Shown: positions 16,556-25,942, counted from the stretch's first letter. The stretch: DNA of 64,000 bases from Actinomycetes bacterium (GCA_031426395.1 JANPLG010000124.1:1851-65850), one strand, 5' to 3'. Program-made: numbers and translations. The notes: generated by a model not told the origin, from the sequence alone.

Positions 16556-17398
16556 ATGCAGCAGGTGAACCGAACGGCACGACGCAGCGCGGGACCGATG
16601 GGCGTGGCGCTCTGGAAATGGGCGCTGCTGCCGCTCATCATGGGCGTCATCTGCATGGCCTACCTCTGGGCGGGCAACCTGCAGAACTTCATGTCGCCTG
16701 AGACGGCGCGGATCATCTTCTGGCACGTGCCGATGGCGATGGTCTCCCTGGTCTGGTTCGCGGCCTCCGCCTGGTACTCCGTCCGCTATCTGCGGCGGGG
16801 CCAGCCGTTCGATGACGACCGCGCCGCCATCGCCGCCGAGATCGGCCTGATGACCACGGTCCTGGCCACCCTGACGGGGGCGATCTTCTCCAAGATGCAG
16901 TGGGCGGGCGGCCTTAACAGCAAGTGGTACGAAGGCTACTGGCAATGGGACCCCAAGCAGACCGCCATCCTGGTGGTGATCCTCATCTTCGGCGCCTACT
17001 TCGGCCTGCGGATGTCGGTGGAGGACACGGAGCGGCGGGCGCGGCTCTCCGCAGTCTACTCCGTGCTGGGCGCGCTGACCGTCCCGCTGCTCTACTGGGT
17101 GCTGCCCCACCTGCCGATCTTCGCCAGCCTCCACCCCACGGACACCATCAAGCAGGGGATGGACACGCCCTACCGGGTCACCTTCTGGACCTCCACCCTG
17201 TTCTTCACCGGCATCACGCTCTGGGCTTACCAGCTCAAGCTGCGCGTGGCGGAACTGAGCCTCCGCCGGATGCTCAGTGGCGCGGCAACTGGAGCGGGCT
17301 CCGCGCCCACCGTGGCGGTGAGGCGGCCACGACCGGAAGTTGCCACTCACCGGGCGGCTGTCAAAGAGCAAGCCGCCATTCAGCAAGGAGAACGGTAA
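16556..17398 (+). CDS. ccmC: Heme exporter protein CcmC
   Basis: WWD-domain motif KWYEGYWQWDPKQTAILVV and conserved His-containing TM helices. The start could instead be MGVALWKW at 16598. Confidence 0.85.
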   Translation: MQQVNRTARRSAGPMGVALWKWALLPLIMGVICMAYLWAGNLQNFMSPETARIIFWHVPMAMVSLVWFAASAWYSVRYLRRGQPFDDDRAAIAAEIGLMTTVLATLTGAIFSKMQWAGGLNSKWYEGYWQWDPKQTAILVVILIFGAYFGLRMSVEDTERRARLSAVYSVLGALTVPLLYWVLPHLPIFASLHPTDTIKQGMDTPYRVTFWTSTLFFTGITLWAYQLKLRVAELSLRRMLSGAATGAGSAPTVAVRRPRPEVATHRAAVKEQAAIQQGER

Positions 17399-17399
17399 G

Positions 17400-17513
17400 A
17401 TGGAGTTGTACGTGGTGCTGGCAACCAGCGTGCTGGTGTGGAGTGGGCTCTTCTTCTACATGCTCAGCCTCGATAGGAAGCTGACGCGGCTCGAAGAGCG
17501 GGACCGGCAGTAA
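17400..17513 (+). CDS. ccmD: CcmD-like small membrane protein (37 aa)
   Basis: Not in the ORF track because it is under 60 aa. MELYVVLATSVLVWSGLFFYMLSLDRKLTRLEERDRQ, a single TM plus basic tail. AAGGAG RBS, and the start overlaps the ccmC stop region. Confidence 0.65.
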   Translation: MELYVVLATSVLVWSGLFFYMLSLDRKLTRLEERDRQ

Positions 17514-17515
17514 TA

Positions 17516-17647
17516 CCAAGTTCCTAATCTTACTCTTAATCCTAATCCTACTCCCAAGCCTCTCGAACCGTTCCCGCCTACCGACAAGCGGAACGAGCTT
17601 CCAGGGCTTCTTGGAGTAGGATTAAGAGTAAGAGTAGGATTAGGATC
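17516..17647. repeat. MITE-like hairpin element of the AAGTTCCTAATC...(TAGGAT/TAAGAG)n family, copy A
   Basis: Arms built of cctaatc/ttactc hexamers in inverted arrangement around a conserved core ctcccaagcc.ctcg...cccgcctaccg.caag.gga.c.agcttccagg.cttct. AT-rich relative to the genome. Confidence 0.8.
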
Positions 17648-17830
17648 CGATGGCGGTCCGCCATCGGAACTCAACACACCAGCTGCCAACTCCAGGCACG
17701 GGCCAGACCCACTCATCAGAGACGAGGGCGGAACGCAGCCCGGCTGGAAACCGTCTGAGTAATGAGCGCGAAGTTCGCGCAGGGTGCGGGCCGCAGGCGT
17801 CAGAGGCTCACCCGGATAAGGGAAGTGAAG

Positions 17831-18292
17831 ATGAAGGCGAAGAACTTACTTTTAGGCGGCGGTCTGGTGCTGGGCTGCGCCGTGGTCGGTGCCGCTTCCT
17901 TCCGGGGCTCCGAGGTCAACTCCATCGAGTTCGACCAGTTGGCGCGCGTGGGCACCAAGCAGGTGATCCAGGTCTACGGCAAGCTGGACGCGCAGACCAT
18001 TAAGCCGATCAAGGGCAGCCCCAACCACGTGGAGTTCAAGCTCCTGGACGAGAAGACCCACAAGCCTCTCCAGGTGGTGTACGACAACGTTCAGGTTCCA
18101 CTGCCGGCAAACTTCCCGGCCGCCAGCCACGCCAAGGCCACCGGCACCTACGACACTGCCACCAACGTCTTCACGGCCAACTCCGTCCTGACCAAGTGCC
18201 CCTCCAAGTACGAGTACGATACCCTGCCGATTGACCAGAAGCAGGCCGTGGACAAGTTCCAGAAGTCGACCGGTCTGGCCGCAGCCAAGTAA
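17831..18292 (+). CDS. ccmE: CcmE-type heme chaperone, CXXXY variant
   Basis: N-terminal TM, OB-fold core. The position normally holding the heme-binding His (H-x3-Y) reads LTKCPSKYEYD, i.e. C-x3-Y. Start at MKAKNLL with RBS gggaag; the ORF track gives 17762. Confidence 0.7.
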   Translation: MKAKNLLLGGGLVLGCAVVGAASFRGSEVNSIEFDQLARVGTKQVIQVYGKLDAQTIKPIKGSPNHVEFKLLDEKTHKPLQVVYDNVQVPLPANFPAASHAKATGTYDTATNVFTANSVLTKCPSKYEYDTLPIDQKQAVDKFQKSTGLAAAK

Positions 18293-18296
18293 TGTT

Positions 18297-18426
18297 AAGT
18301 TCCTAATCTTAATCCTACTCCTAATCTTACTCCCAAGCCCTTCGTGGCGATCCCGCCTACCGGCAAGTGGATCAAGCTTCCAGGACTTCTCTGAGTAAGA
18401 TTAGGAGTAAGAGCAGGATTAGGAAT
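18297..18426. repeat. MITE-like hairpin element of the AAGTTCCTAATC...(TAGGAT/TAAGAG)n family, copy B
   Basis: Begins 5 nt after the ccmE stop. Same core and arm architecture as 17516-17647. Confidence 0.8.
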
Positions 18427-18580
18427 TCGAACCCCACGAGGCTCGTTGTGACCGGACACCCCTGCGCTTCCGCAGGCCGGGCATGGCGGGCCTTTCCCAT
18501 AGATTTGATCGCCGCGTGCGCACTCTTCCCTTTCCCGGGTAGAGCACCGATAGAGCAGCACCCTGGCGAGGAGCGAATGA

Positions 18581-21415
18581 ATGCCGGAACCGAACATCTC
18601 CGATGCCGTCCACAAGTCGGGACTGCTGGGTATCGCCGTTACGTTCGGCAACCTGGCGGTCTGGATCGGCCTCTTCTTCACCGTCCTCGCGGTGATCTTC
18701 TTCTGGCGCGCGATGCTGCGCACCATGCGCCTTCATCCTGAGGGGTCTGGCGCGGCGGGGGCCGGCACGGCAGGTTCCGTGTCTGCGCTGGCCGCCAACG
18801 GGGGCGGCAAGAACGGTGACGGCAAGCAGGCCAACGGAAAGAACGGGAACGGCAACGGGAAACACGCCCGGCCGGCCGCTCACTCCAGTTCGGCGGCCAG
18901 TAAAGCGGCCAGTACGGCGACCAGTTCGTCCCTTTCGGAGGCGGAGCAGAAGACGGAGGTCGTCTTCCACTGGGCCAAGCAGTTCTGGATCGTCTCCTGC
19001 TCCATGATGTTCCTGGCGGCGCTCTGCCTCTGGACCCTGCTCCTCACCCAGCAGTACAACATCAGTTACGTGCTGAAGAACACCAACCCGGAGATCCCCA
19101 TCTTCTACCGGTTCGCCGCGTTCTGGGCCAACCAGGAGGGGACGTTCATCCTCTGGGGGATGTACAACGCGGTCATCGCCGGCTTCCTCTTCTGGCGCGC
19201 CAAGCAGGACGTGCGCTGGGTGATGCCGTTCTTCGCGCTGATCAACGTCTCGCTCTTCACGCTGCTCTTCTTCATGAACCCGTTCTGGTTCCCGGCAGCG
19301 GAAGAAGTGCGCAAGGGGCTCACCGCAGCCGGCCTACCGCCGGACAAGCTGGCCTGGCTGCCTAACACCTGGTCGCAGCACCTCGCGTACTACTTCGGGT
19401 GGGGCACCTACATCCGGCCCAACCTGCTGCAGCCCCGGGGACTGAACGAGAGCCTGCAGAACTTCTGGTTCGTGATCCACCCGCCCACCCTCTTCGTCGG
19501 GTACAGCACCATGATGGTGCCGGGCATCTTCGCCCTCGGGGCCCTGATGCGCCGGGACTACGACCAGTGGATCAACCGCGCCGCCTCGTGGCTGATGTTC
19601 TCCTGGACCGTCCTGGCCTTCGGAGTCTTCCTCGGCGCCTACTGGGCCTACGAGACCCTGGGCTGGGGTGGCTACTGGAGTTGGGACCCCGTCGAGAACT
19701 CCTCGCTCATCCCGTGGCTGGTCGGCACCACGCTGCTCCACGGCTTGCTGGCGCAGCGCAACCGGGGCAACTTCAAGCACGTCAACCTCTTCCTGGGGAT
19801 GCTGGCGCTCAACTCCGTCTGGATCGCCTCCTTCCTGGTGCGGAGCGGCGTCCTCTCGGAGGTCTCCGTCCACTCCTTCGCCACGCCGGACAAGGCGGTC
19901 TTCTTCACGCTGCTGGTTGGCATGATCGCGATGGCGGCCCTGAGTCTCGGGATCTGGCTCTGGCGCTTCAAAGACATCCAGAGCGAGATCGCTTATGAGC
20001 ATGTCTGGGAGCGCCACTTCGGCTTCTTTCTCGGCCTGATCACGCTCTCCGCCATCTCCGTGGTGGTCACCTTCGGCGTCACCATGCCGATCTGGAAGCC
20101 GTGGATCAGCGGCGGGCAGAAGTCGACGCTCGACCACCTCTTCTACAACAAGGCGACGCTGCCCATCGTCTACGTGACGGTGCTCCTGATGGCGCTGACC
20201 CCGCTGATGCCGTGGCGTCACGCGCGTGAGCAGGCGCGGCCACCGAAGCTGTTCACCAAGGTGGCGCTGGCGCTGGCCGGGATCATCTCCGCCTACTTCA
20301 TGGTCGGCGCGATCATGGCGTGGCAGAACGGCTTCCGCTCTTTCAACGACACGCCGCCCTCCTTCGGGAACGACCACGCGTACATCGCCTTCGCGCTGCT
20401 GCTGGGGCTGTCGCTGATCACCAACTTCTCCGTGCTCATTCGCGCCTTCAAGGGCGGCATCTTGAACACGGGGGCGTGGTGGGCGCACATCGGGTTCATC
20501 CTGATGCTGGCCGGCGTGATGATGAGCACCCGCCTCAAGACGGTCCAGAACATCACGGAGTTGCCGCTCAACAGCGCGGTGAAGCTGTATGGCCGGGACT
20601 GGACCTTCAAGGGTGAGCGTCCCTCCTCTGGGGATGGCGACCGGCCACGGATGCTGGTCCAGATGCGGGAGCCGGGTGGCCACGTCCGCGATTTCGATCC
20701 CAAGGTCTTCATCAACACCCAGGGCGAGAAGCCGACCGCCATGGCGTGGCCGCAGATGGAGAGCCAGTGGTTCGGCGGGGCCTGGGGAGACCTCTACCTG
20801 GAGCCCTCCAGCATGGTCTCCTACAAGCCGCTCGGCTCGGTGGAGAAGCTGAAGAAGGACTCCCCGCCGCAGACCTTCCTGGTCCAGCACCCCAGTTCGC
20901 AGAAGGAAGACACCATCACGGTGCAGTTCCTTTCGCTGGACACTTCGGAACTGCAAAAGGCGGTGCAGGCCGGCGCCCGCGGCCCGATGCTGGCCTACGC
21001 CGACCTTACGGTCACCGTCAACGGCGAGCAGCGCTCCCTCCGCGCCCCGATGGAGCTGCAGTTCGGTGGCCCGGAAGGACCGAAGACGGACGCACGCCCG
21101 ATTGTGCTGGAAGGGCCCAACGCGGAGATCACCTACACTCTCTTCTGCCAGACCAACATGACGCCCGGAAACCTGGTTGCCAGCGTGGTGGTGGCGGTGC
21201 CGGTGGCCAACTTCCAGGTGATGCACATTCCCGGCATTCAGGTGCTCTGGTTCGGGGTGTACATCATGGTCGGAGGTGGGATCATCGCCTTCTTGCGGCG
21301 GCGCCAGCTCGCGAACAAGATCGTCCCCGCCTTCAAGGGTCCCCGCCGCACCGACGAGCCGGAACCGACGGAGAAGGCTCCGCTTCCGGAGCGGGAGCTG
21401 GTCGGCGCGGAGTAG
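18581..21415 (+). CDS. ccmF: Cytochrome c-type biogenesis protein CcmF (heme lyase subunit), 944 aa with N- and C-terminal extensions
   Basis: WWD motif GWGGYWSWDPVENSSLIPWL, conserved His-containing TM helices and about 15 TM segments. N-terminal ~150 aa include an extra TM and a G/N/K low-complexity linker. Confidence 0.85.
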   Translation: MPEPNISDAVHKSGLLGIAVTFGNLAVWIGLFFTVLAVIFFWRAMLRTMRLHPEGSGAAGAGTAGSVSALAANGGGKNGDGKQANGKNGNGNGKHARPAAHSSSAASKAASTATSSSLSEAEQKTEVVFHWAKQFWIVSCSMMFLAALCLWTLLLTQQYNISYVLKNTNPEIPIFYRFAAFWANQEGTFILWGMYNAVIAGFLFWRAKQDVRWVMPFFALINVSLFTLLFFMNPFWFPAAEEVRKGLTAAGLPPDKLAWLPNTWSQHLAYYFGWGTYIRPNLLQPRGLNESLQNFWFVIHPPTLFVGYSTMMVPGIFALGALMRRDYDQWINRAASWLMFSWTVLAFGVFLGAYWAYETLGWGGYWSWDPVENSSLIPWLVGTTLLHGLLAQRNRGNFKHVNLFLGMLALNSVWIASFLVRSGVLSEVSVHSFATPDKAVFFTLLVGMIAMAALSLGIWLWRFKDIQSEIAYEHVWERHFGFFLGLITLSAISVVVTFGVTMPIWKPWISGGQKSTLDHLFYNKATLPIVYVTVLLMALTPLMPWRHAREQARPPKLFTKVALALAGIISAYFMVGAIMAWQNGFRSFNDTPPSFGNDHAYIAFALLLGLSLITNFSVLIRAFKGGILNTGAWWAHIGFILMLAGVMMSTRLKTVQNITELPLNSAVKLYGRDWTFKGERPSSGDGDRPRMLVQMREPGGHVRDFDPKVFINTQGEKPTAMAWPQMESQWFGGAWGDLYLEPSSMVSYKPLGSVEKLKKDSPPQTFLVQHPSSQKEDTITVQFLSLDTSELQKAVQAGARGPMLAYADLTVTVNGEQRSLRAPMELQFGGPEGPKTDARPIVLEGPNAEITYTLFCQTNMTPGNLVASVVVAVPVANFQVMHIPGIQVLWFGVYIMVGGGIIAFLRRRQLANKIVPAFKGPRRTDEPEPTEKAPLPERELVGAE

Positions 21416-21540
21416 CGCTGCCGCTTGGGGCAGATGACGCAAATAGCCCGCCGCACGGAGTTGAACCTCCGTGCGGCGGGCTTCTTGCGGTCTGAAACTG
21501 ATCCCTGTCCCCCTACGAACCCAAACCCAAGCCTTCCGCC

Positions 21541-22812
21541 TCAGACTGAACCCCTGAACCCCGAACCCCGAACCCTCCCGAGGTGATGGCTGCCTTCCGT
21601 CAGCGCCGCACCGGCGGCGGCGAGGAGTCGATGCAGTTCCGGTTCGCTGTCCGCGCGCAGCGTCAGGTGGCCCAGCTTGCGGCCCGGTGCTGCGCTCTTG
21701 CCGTACAGGTGCAGGTGCGCCCCCGGCAGCGAGAGGAGCGGCGCGGCATCGGGATGCTCGCCCAGCAGGTTGACCATGGCGCTGAAGCCGCGCGGCGCGG
21801 TGCTCCCCAGGGGCAGGCCGGCCACCGCCCGGAGGTGGTTCTCGAACTGGCTGGTCTCCGCCCCTTCGATCGACCAGTGGCCGCTGTTGTGGACCCGTGG
21901 CGCCATCTCGTTGGCGATGAGCTGGCCATCCGCCGTCAGGAAGAGCTCGATCGCGAGGACGCCCACGTAGTCGAGCCGTTCCAGCGCCACCCGGGCATAG
22001 CTCTCCGCGAGGTGCTGGACCTCCGGCTCAAGCGAAGGCGCGGGCGCGAGGGTGAGCGCGAGGATCCCCTCTGGGTGGTGGTTCTCCACCAGCGGATAGA
22101 AGGCGACTTCGCCGGCCCGGCCCCGCACGCCCAGGATGCTAACCTCCCGCTGAAACGGAACCCAGCCCTCCAGGATCAGCGGAACCCCTCCCAGCGCCTC
22201 CCACGCCCCCGCGACATCGCGCTCCTCCCGCAGGACGCGTTGCCCCTTGCCGTCGTAGCCGCAGCGGCGCGTCTTGAGGACCGCGGGCAGGCCGAGATCG
22301 GCGACCGCCGTGTGGAGGTCGGCCTCCGTTTCCACGGGCGCATAGGCGGGCGTGGGGATTCCGAGAGACTGGAAGAATTGCTTCTCCGTGAGCCGGTCCT
22401 GGCAGGTCTCGAGGGCCCCTGCCGGCGGGAAGACCGGCACGCTGCGCTGGAGGAGCGCCGCTGTCCGCGCTGGGACGTTCTCGAACTCATAGGTGACCAC
22501 GTCCGCGCCTGCTGCAAGCTGCTCCAGCGCCGCTTCGTCGTCGAAGTCGCCCAGCACCAGCTCCGCCAGGTGGCCGGCGGGCGCTTCCGGGCTAGGGTCG
22601 AGCACGCGGAAGCGCATTCCGAGCGGGTAACCGGCCAGTGCCAGCATCCGCCCAAGCTGGCCGCCGCCCAGAATCCCGACTAGGGCACAGGGCGCAGGGC
22701 CTAGGGCATTGGGAGCCGCTGCCGGAAGGTGCGGCGAGGTCTCTCTATCTCCGCGTCTCTCCATCTCTCCATCCCCATTCGACCCGTCGCTGATCGGTGT
22801 CCGCTCGCTCAT
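21541..22812 (-). CDS. purK: N5-carboxyaminoimidazole ribonucleotide synthase PurK, with an N-terminal repeat-encoded extension
   Basis: [17 protein letters not shown]-grasp start motif. The ATG overlaps the purE stop (ATGA), which supports the upstream start. Residues 1-40 ([10 protein letters not shown]...) are encoded by a ctctc/tctcc simple-repeat array. Confidence 0.85.
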   Translation of the reverse strand: MSERTPISDGSNGDGEMERRGDRETSPHLPAAAPNALGPAPCALVGILGGGQLGRMLALAGYPLGMRFRVLDPSPEAPAGHLAELVLGDFDDEAALEQLAAGADVVTYEFENVPARTAALLQRSVPVFPPAGALETCQDRLTEKQFFQSLGIPTPAYAPVETEADLHTAVADLGLPAVLKTRRCGYDGKGQRVLREERDVAGAWEALGGVPLILEGWVPFQREVSILGVRGRAGEVAFYPLVENHHPEGILALTLAPAPSLEPEVQHLAESYARVALERLDYVGVLAIELFLTADGQLIANEMAPRVHNSGHWSIEGAETSQFENHLRAVAGLPLGSTAPRGFSAMVNLLGEHPDAAPLLSLPGAHLHLYGKSAAPGRKLGHLTLRADSEPELHRLLAAAGAALTEGSHHLGRVRGSGFRGSV

Positions 22813-23366
22813 GGCGCGGTCACTTCGCCGGGGATCGGGTTCTCGAGAACGGCCTGGGTGCGGGCGTCCCGGTACCGGCGGAGGACTTCCCGGATCTCCG
22901 GGTGCTTGATCCCCAGGATGGCGGCCGCCGTGAGCGCCGCGTTCACCGCTCCCGCAGTCCCGATGGCCATGGTCGCCACCGGCACTCCGCCGGGCATCTG
23001 GACGATGGAGAGGAGGCTGTCGAGTCCGCTCAGCGCCTTGCTCTGCACCGGCACCCCGATCACCGGCAGGACCGTCTTCGCGGCGGCCATTCCCGGCAGG
23101 TGCGCGGCACCCCCGGCCCCGGCAATCAGCACCTCCAGGCCGCGCGCCTCCGCCGCACCCGCGTAGTCGAAGAGGAGGTCCGGCGTGCGGTGGGCGGAAA
23201 TGATTCGCGCTTCGAAGGGGATGCCAAGCTCTTCAAGCAGCGCGGCGGTCTGCTGCATGGTAGCCCAGTCGCTTTGGGAGCCCATGATCAGGCCGACCAG
23301 GGGGTGAGGTGAAGTAGTGGATTCAGAAGTCATTGTGCGGGATTCAGCGTGCGGCCAGTGCGACAT
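22809..23366 (-). CDS. purE: N5-CAIR mutase PurE
   Basis: [13 protein letters not shown] ... GAAHLPGM ... PVIGVPV motifs. Confidence 0.9.
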   Translation of the reverse strand: MSHWPHAESRTMTSESTTSPHPLVGLIMGSQSDWATMQQTAALLEELGIPFEARIISAHRTPDLLFDYAGAAEARGLEVLIAGAGGAAHLPGMAAAKTVLPVIGVPVQSKALSGLDSLLSIVQMPGGVPVATMAIGTAGAVNAALTAAAILGIKHPEIREVLRRYRDARTQAVLENPIPGEVTAP

Positions 23367-23449
23367 ACGCCATTCCCGATAGTCCTATCACCACGGACGG
23401 ACGGGGCGAGTAACTAGACCTCCCACCGTCCACCGAGAGTGATCGGGGA

Positions 23450-23545
23450 CCCAGCCACCTATCGTCATCCTCGCCTGGCAGCCTTTCTGCGAAGCGGCCC
23501 GTGCCGTGCGGGGATCCAGCCACGCCCGTCTCGCACCGGGGTGCG
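23450..23545 (-). ncRNA. Conserved ~95-nt element in the purE 5' leader; second copy at 340-450. Possible structured RNA or repeat, function unknown
   Basis: ccccggtgcg.g.cgggcgtggctggatccccgca.g..acgggccgcttcgcag....g..gcc.ggcgaggatgacga is shared by the two loci, in the same orientation relative to transcription of purE. Confidence 0.3.
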
Positions 23546-23662
23546 GACCTCCTGCGACCGAACGCAACCCGCGTGGACGAGCGGCCACCACCCCCACACA
23601 AACGAAAGGCCCGCCCCGGAATGGGACGGGCCTCTCGATGAGCTTGGTGCGAAGCAGCGAGC

Positions 23663-24022
23663 TTACTGGCCGCCGGTGGTGCCGCCGGTGCTACCGCCCA
23701 TGTCGCCGCCGGTTGAAGGCGTGGCCGGCTCAGCAGGGGCACCCGGAGCGCCAGGGGCACCCGGAGCGCCAGGAGCGCCCGCCGGACCCGCCGGACCCGG
23801 AGCGCCGGGCATCGGCACCGGAATCACGCTCGGCGAGGGCGAGGGGTTGCTCGGCTGGATCACGTTCACGTTGGGAGCGGGGGCGGAGCCGGCCTCAACG
23901 GTGCGCGGCTGCCACCAGACGAAGTAGCCAAGCATCAGGGCGAAGACCGCCACTACCAGCACAATCGCCATCGTTCCCCACGCCGCGCTACTCTCGGTGT
24001 CGCGATAAACCACAGGGCTCAT
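23663..24022 (-). CDS. Small membrane-anchored protein with a collagen-like (GAPGAPG)n tract
   Basis: N-terminal TM (MAIVLVVAVFALMLGYFVWW) followed by P/S/G-rich and GAPGAPGAPG repeats. The coding status of the repeat is uncertain. Confidence 0.35.
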   Translation of the reverse strand: MSPVVYRDTESSAAWGTMAIVLVVAVFALMLGYFVWWQPRTVEAGSAPAPNVNVIQPSNPSPSPSVIPVPMPGAPGPAGPAGAPGAPGAPGAPGAPAEPATPSTGGDMGGSTGGTTGGQ

Positions 24023-24298
24023 GTTTCTTCCTCCGGGAGGTTCGGTCCCGTATCGTTTCTCTTACGAGTGAAAGCTCTAGGTTGGTTGACTGCCGTCAAT
24101 GCGGCGTCAGCACTTGGTACCCGAGGACTCACTTGCTGAAACAGAGCGTTGAAGAAACCGCCCGTGGGGTCACGGCTTGGAGGACGACCGATTGTCGGAA
24201 GCGGGCCTTAGGAATCGCGGGGCGATTGCCAAGAGCAGGTAGTAGGGCTTGGGTAGCATACCGCCACGAGGCCGAAGCGGTTCATCCGCCGTACCTTG

Positions 24299-24630
24299 GT
24301 AGGGCACGCTCGCCGCAGCGTGCCGCTGTTCCCGCCGACCGTCACATTCTTCGCGAAGCGGACGCCGCGTTCGTGGCCGACGGGCCGGAGCGGCGTCCGG
24401 CCCCTACTCGCACGCTCGCGGTATCGGCCGTACCCCTGTAGGGCACGCTCGCCGCAGCGTGCCGCCGTCCCCGCCAACCGTCACATTCTTCGCGAAGCGG
24501 ACGCCGCCTTCGTTGAGGACGGGCCGGAACGGCGTCGACGCGGGACCGTCAGCGACAGAAGCGGCACCGGCTTCGCGGGGACGGCATCGGGTGGCGGGAG
24601 CGGCGGAACGCTGCAGCGAGCGTGCCCTAC
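24299..24630. repeat. Cluster of REP-like palindromic elements: two direct ~140-bp units, each starting with GTAGGGCACGCTCGCCGCAGCGTGCC, plus one inverted copy
   Basis: Copies at 24299-24325 and 24438-24463, and an inverted copy at 24606-24630. Each direct unit also contains ccgtcacattcttcgcgaagcggacgccgc. Confidence 0.8.
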
Positions 24631-24739
24631 ACAAGTGCTCAATGGGTGCGGCGGTGCGAGAAGTCGCTCACTGCCGCCCGTCGGTGGCGATGAAGCCGGA
24701 TTGGGAAACGTCTAGAGTGAGTGCGGTTGCCCGCAGAGG

Positions 24740-25942
24740 TTACTCCTTGATGACACGAGGGGCGATGTTCGCGCCCATCTCGTACAGGGTGCGGTCCCGG
24801 TCCCGGGCGCGGGCCCGGACGAGGTAGTCGTCGTTGCCGATCTTCTGGTAGCTCTCGATCACGAGACCGGAGAAGGCGTCCAGCGTGGCCACCCGCATCG
24901 GCTCGTCCATCCGCAGCTCCTCCAGCGTGACCGGATTGACGAACGCCGGCCGCTCCTCGCTGCCGAACCCTTCCAGGGCGGTGCGGATGTTGGTGAACGC
25001 CTTGAGAGCCGCCGCGCGCCGGGCCGCGCTGGTGGCGTTGAAGCTCCAGCCGCCGGGCGCCAGCCCGATGAGCTGCATGACTGGATCGAGCGCGCCGTTG
25101 ATCCCGTACTCCAGTTGGGTCAGCAGGTCCGGGGGCCGCTGGAAGCGGTCGACCGCCTGCACCTGGGCCCCGATCCGCGTCCGGGCGGCGGGCGCCAGCG
25201 GATTCACGCCGCTCACCTGATAGCCGGTCGCGGCGCTCATCTGGCCCACGGTCGCCTGCGTCTCGGCGGCGGCGGTGCGGAACCGGACCTGGCCCTCCAC
25301 CACGGCGAGGTAGGTCTGTCGGCGCTGCGGGTCGTACATCACGCGGAAGGCGGTTCCCCGCACCGCCGCCACGGCGGTGGGTGTGCAGACGGTCCCCTGG
25401 GATCCCGCCGCCACCCCGAAGTAGCGGCTGAAGCGGGCGACCACCGCCCCCGAGCGGACCATGAACGACCGGTCCCGGCGTCCGCCCCGCGCAAAGTCGA
25501 GGAGCCGCACCTCGAAGGTGGTGTTCGGCTCAAGCTGCACGGCGCTGCCGTCCGGAAAGACGAGGGTGGCCGTGCTGCCGGCGGCAGTGATGAGGACATC
25601 CTTATTCCCCAGCGTCTCACCGGGCCGCGGCGCGATCGGGCCGGCGGTCCCTCCCCGCCGCAGGCTGACGGTGCCGCTCACCAACTCCAGGCGGGCGGAC
25701 ATCTCGCCGCCCTCGCGCCGGATTCCGTCCGCGATGAGCGCCACCAGTGCGACCGCGAGCACCACCAGAACCGCCTTCACCCAGCCTGGCGCGCCACGGA
25801 GCCAGCCGGTCCAGCGCTCCCATTTCTTGTCAGAGCGCCGCCGCTTCAGTTTCTTCTGGTGGACCTGCTCCTGTTCCCGGAGCGCGTCCAGCAGCACCTG
25901 GGCGCTGTCCTGCGACGACGTAGGCTTCTTACCTCGGGCCAT
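24740..25942 (-). CDS. FecR-domain membrane protein
   Basis: TLVFPDGSAVQLEPNTTFEV FecR-type beta-sandwich signature and one TM. Start chosen at MARGKKP, 14-nt overlap with the upstream cyclase stop; the ORF track extends to 26065. Confidence 0.65.
   Translation of the reverse strand: MARGKKPTSSQDSAQVLLDALREQEQVHQKKLKRRRSDKKWERWTGWLRGAPGWVKAVLVVLAVALVALIADGIRREGGEMSARLELVSGTVSLRRGGTAGPIAPRPGETLGNKDVLITAAGSTATLVFPDGSAVQLEPNTTFEVRLLDFARGGRRDRSFMVRSGAVVARFSRYFGVAAGSQGTVCTPTAVAAVRGTAFRVMYDPQRRQTYLAVVEGQVRFRTAAAETQATVGQMSAATGYQVSGVNPLAPAARTRIGAQVQAVDRFQRPPDLLTQLEYGINGALDPVMQLIGLAPGGWSFNATSAARRAAALKAFTNIRTALEGFGSEERPAFVNPVTLEELRMDEPMRVATLDAFSGLVIESYQKIGNDDYLVRARARDRDRTLYEMGANIAPRVIKE

Noticed and set aside
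19334-21442. 702-aa minus-strand ORF
   Set aside because: Antisense to ccmF, which has the WWD heme-lyase motifs.
21583-22683. 366-aa + strand ORF
   Set aside because: Antisense to purK.
23450-23545. Calling the purE-leader element a ZTP or purine riboswitch
   Set aside because: I could not match the pfl/ZTP or purine aptamer consensus by eye, and the second copy (340-450) is not in an obvious leader. Kept as an unclassified conserved element only.
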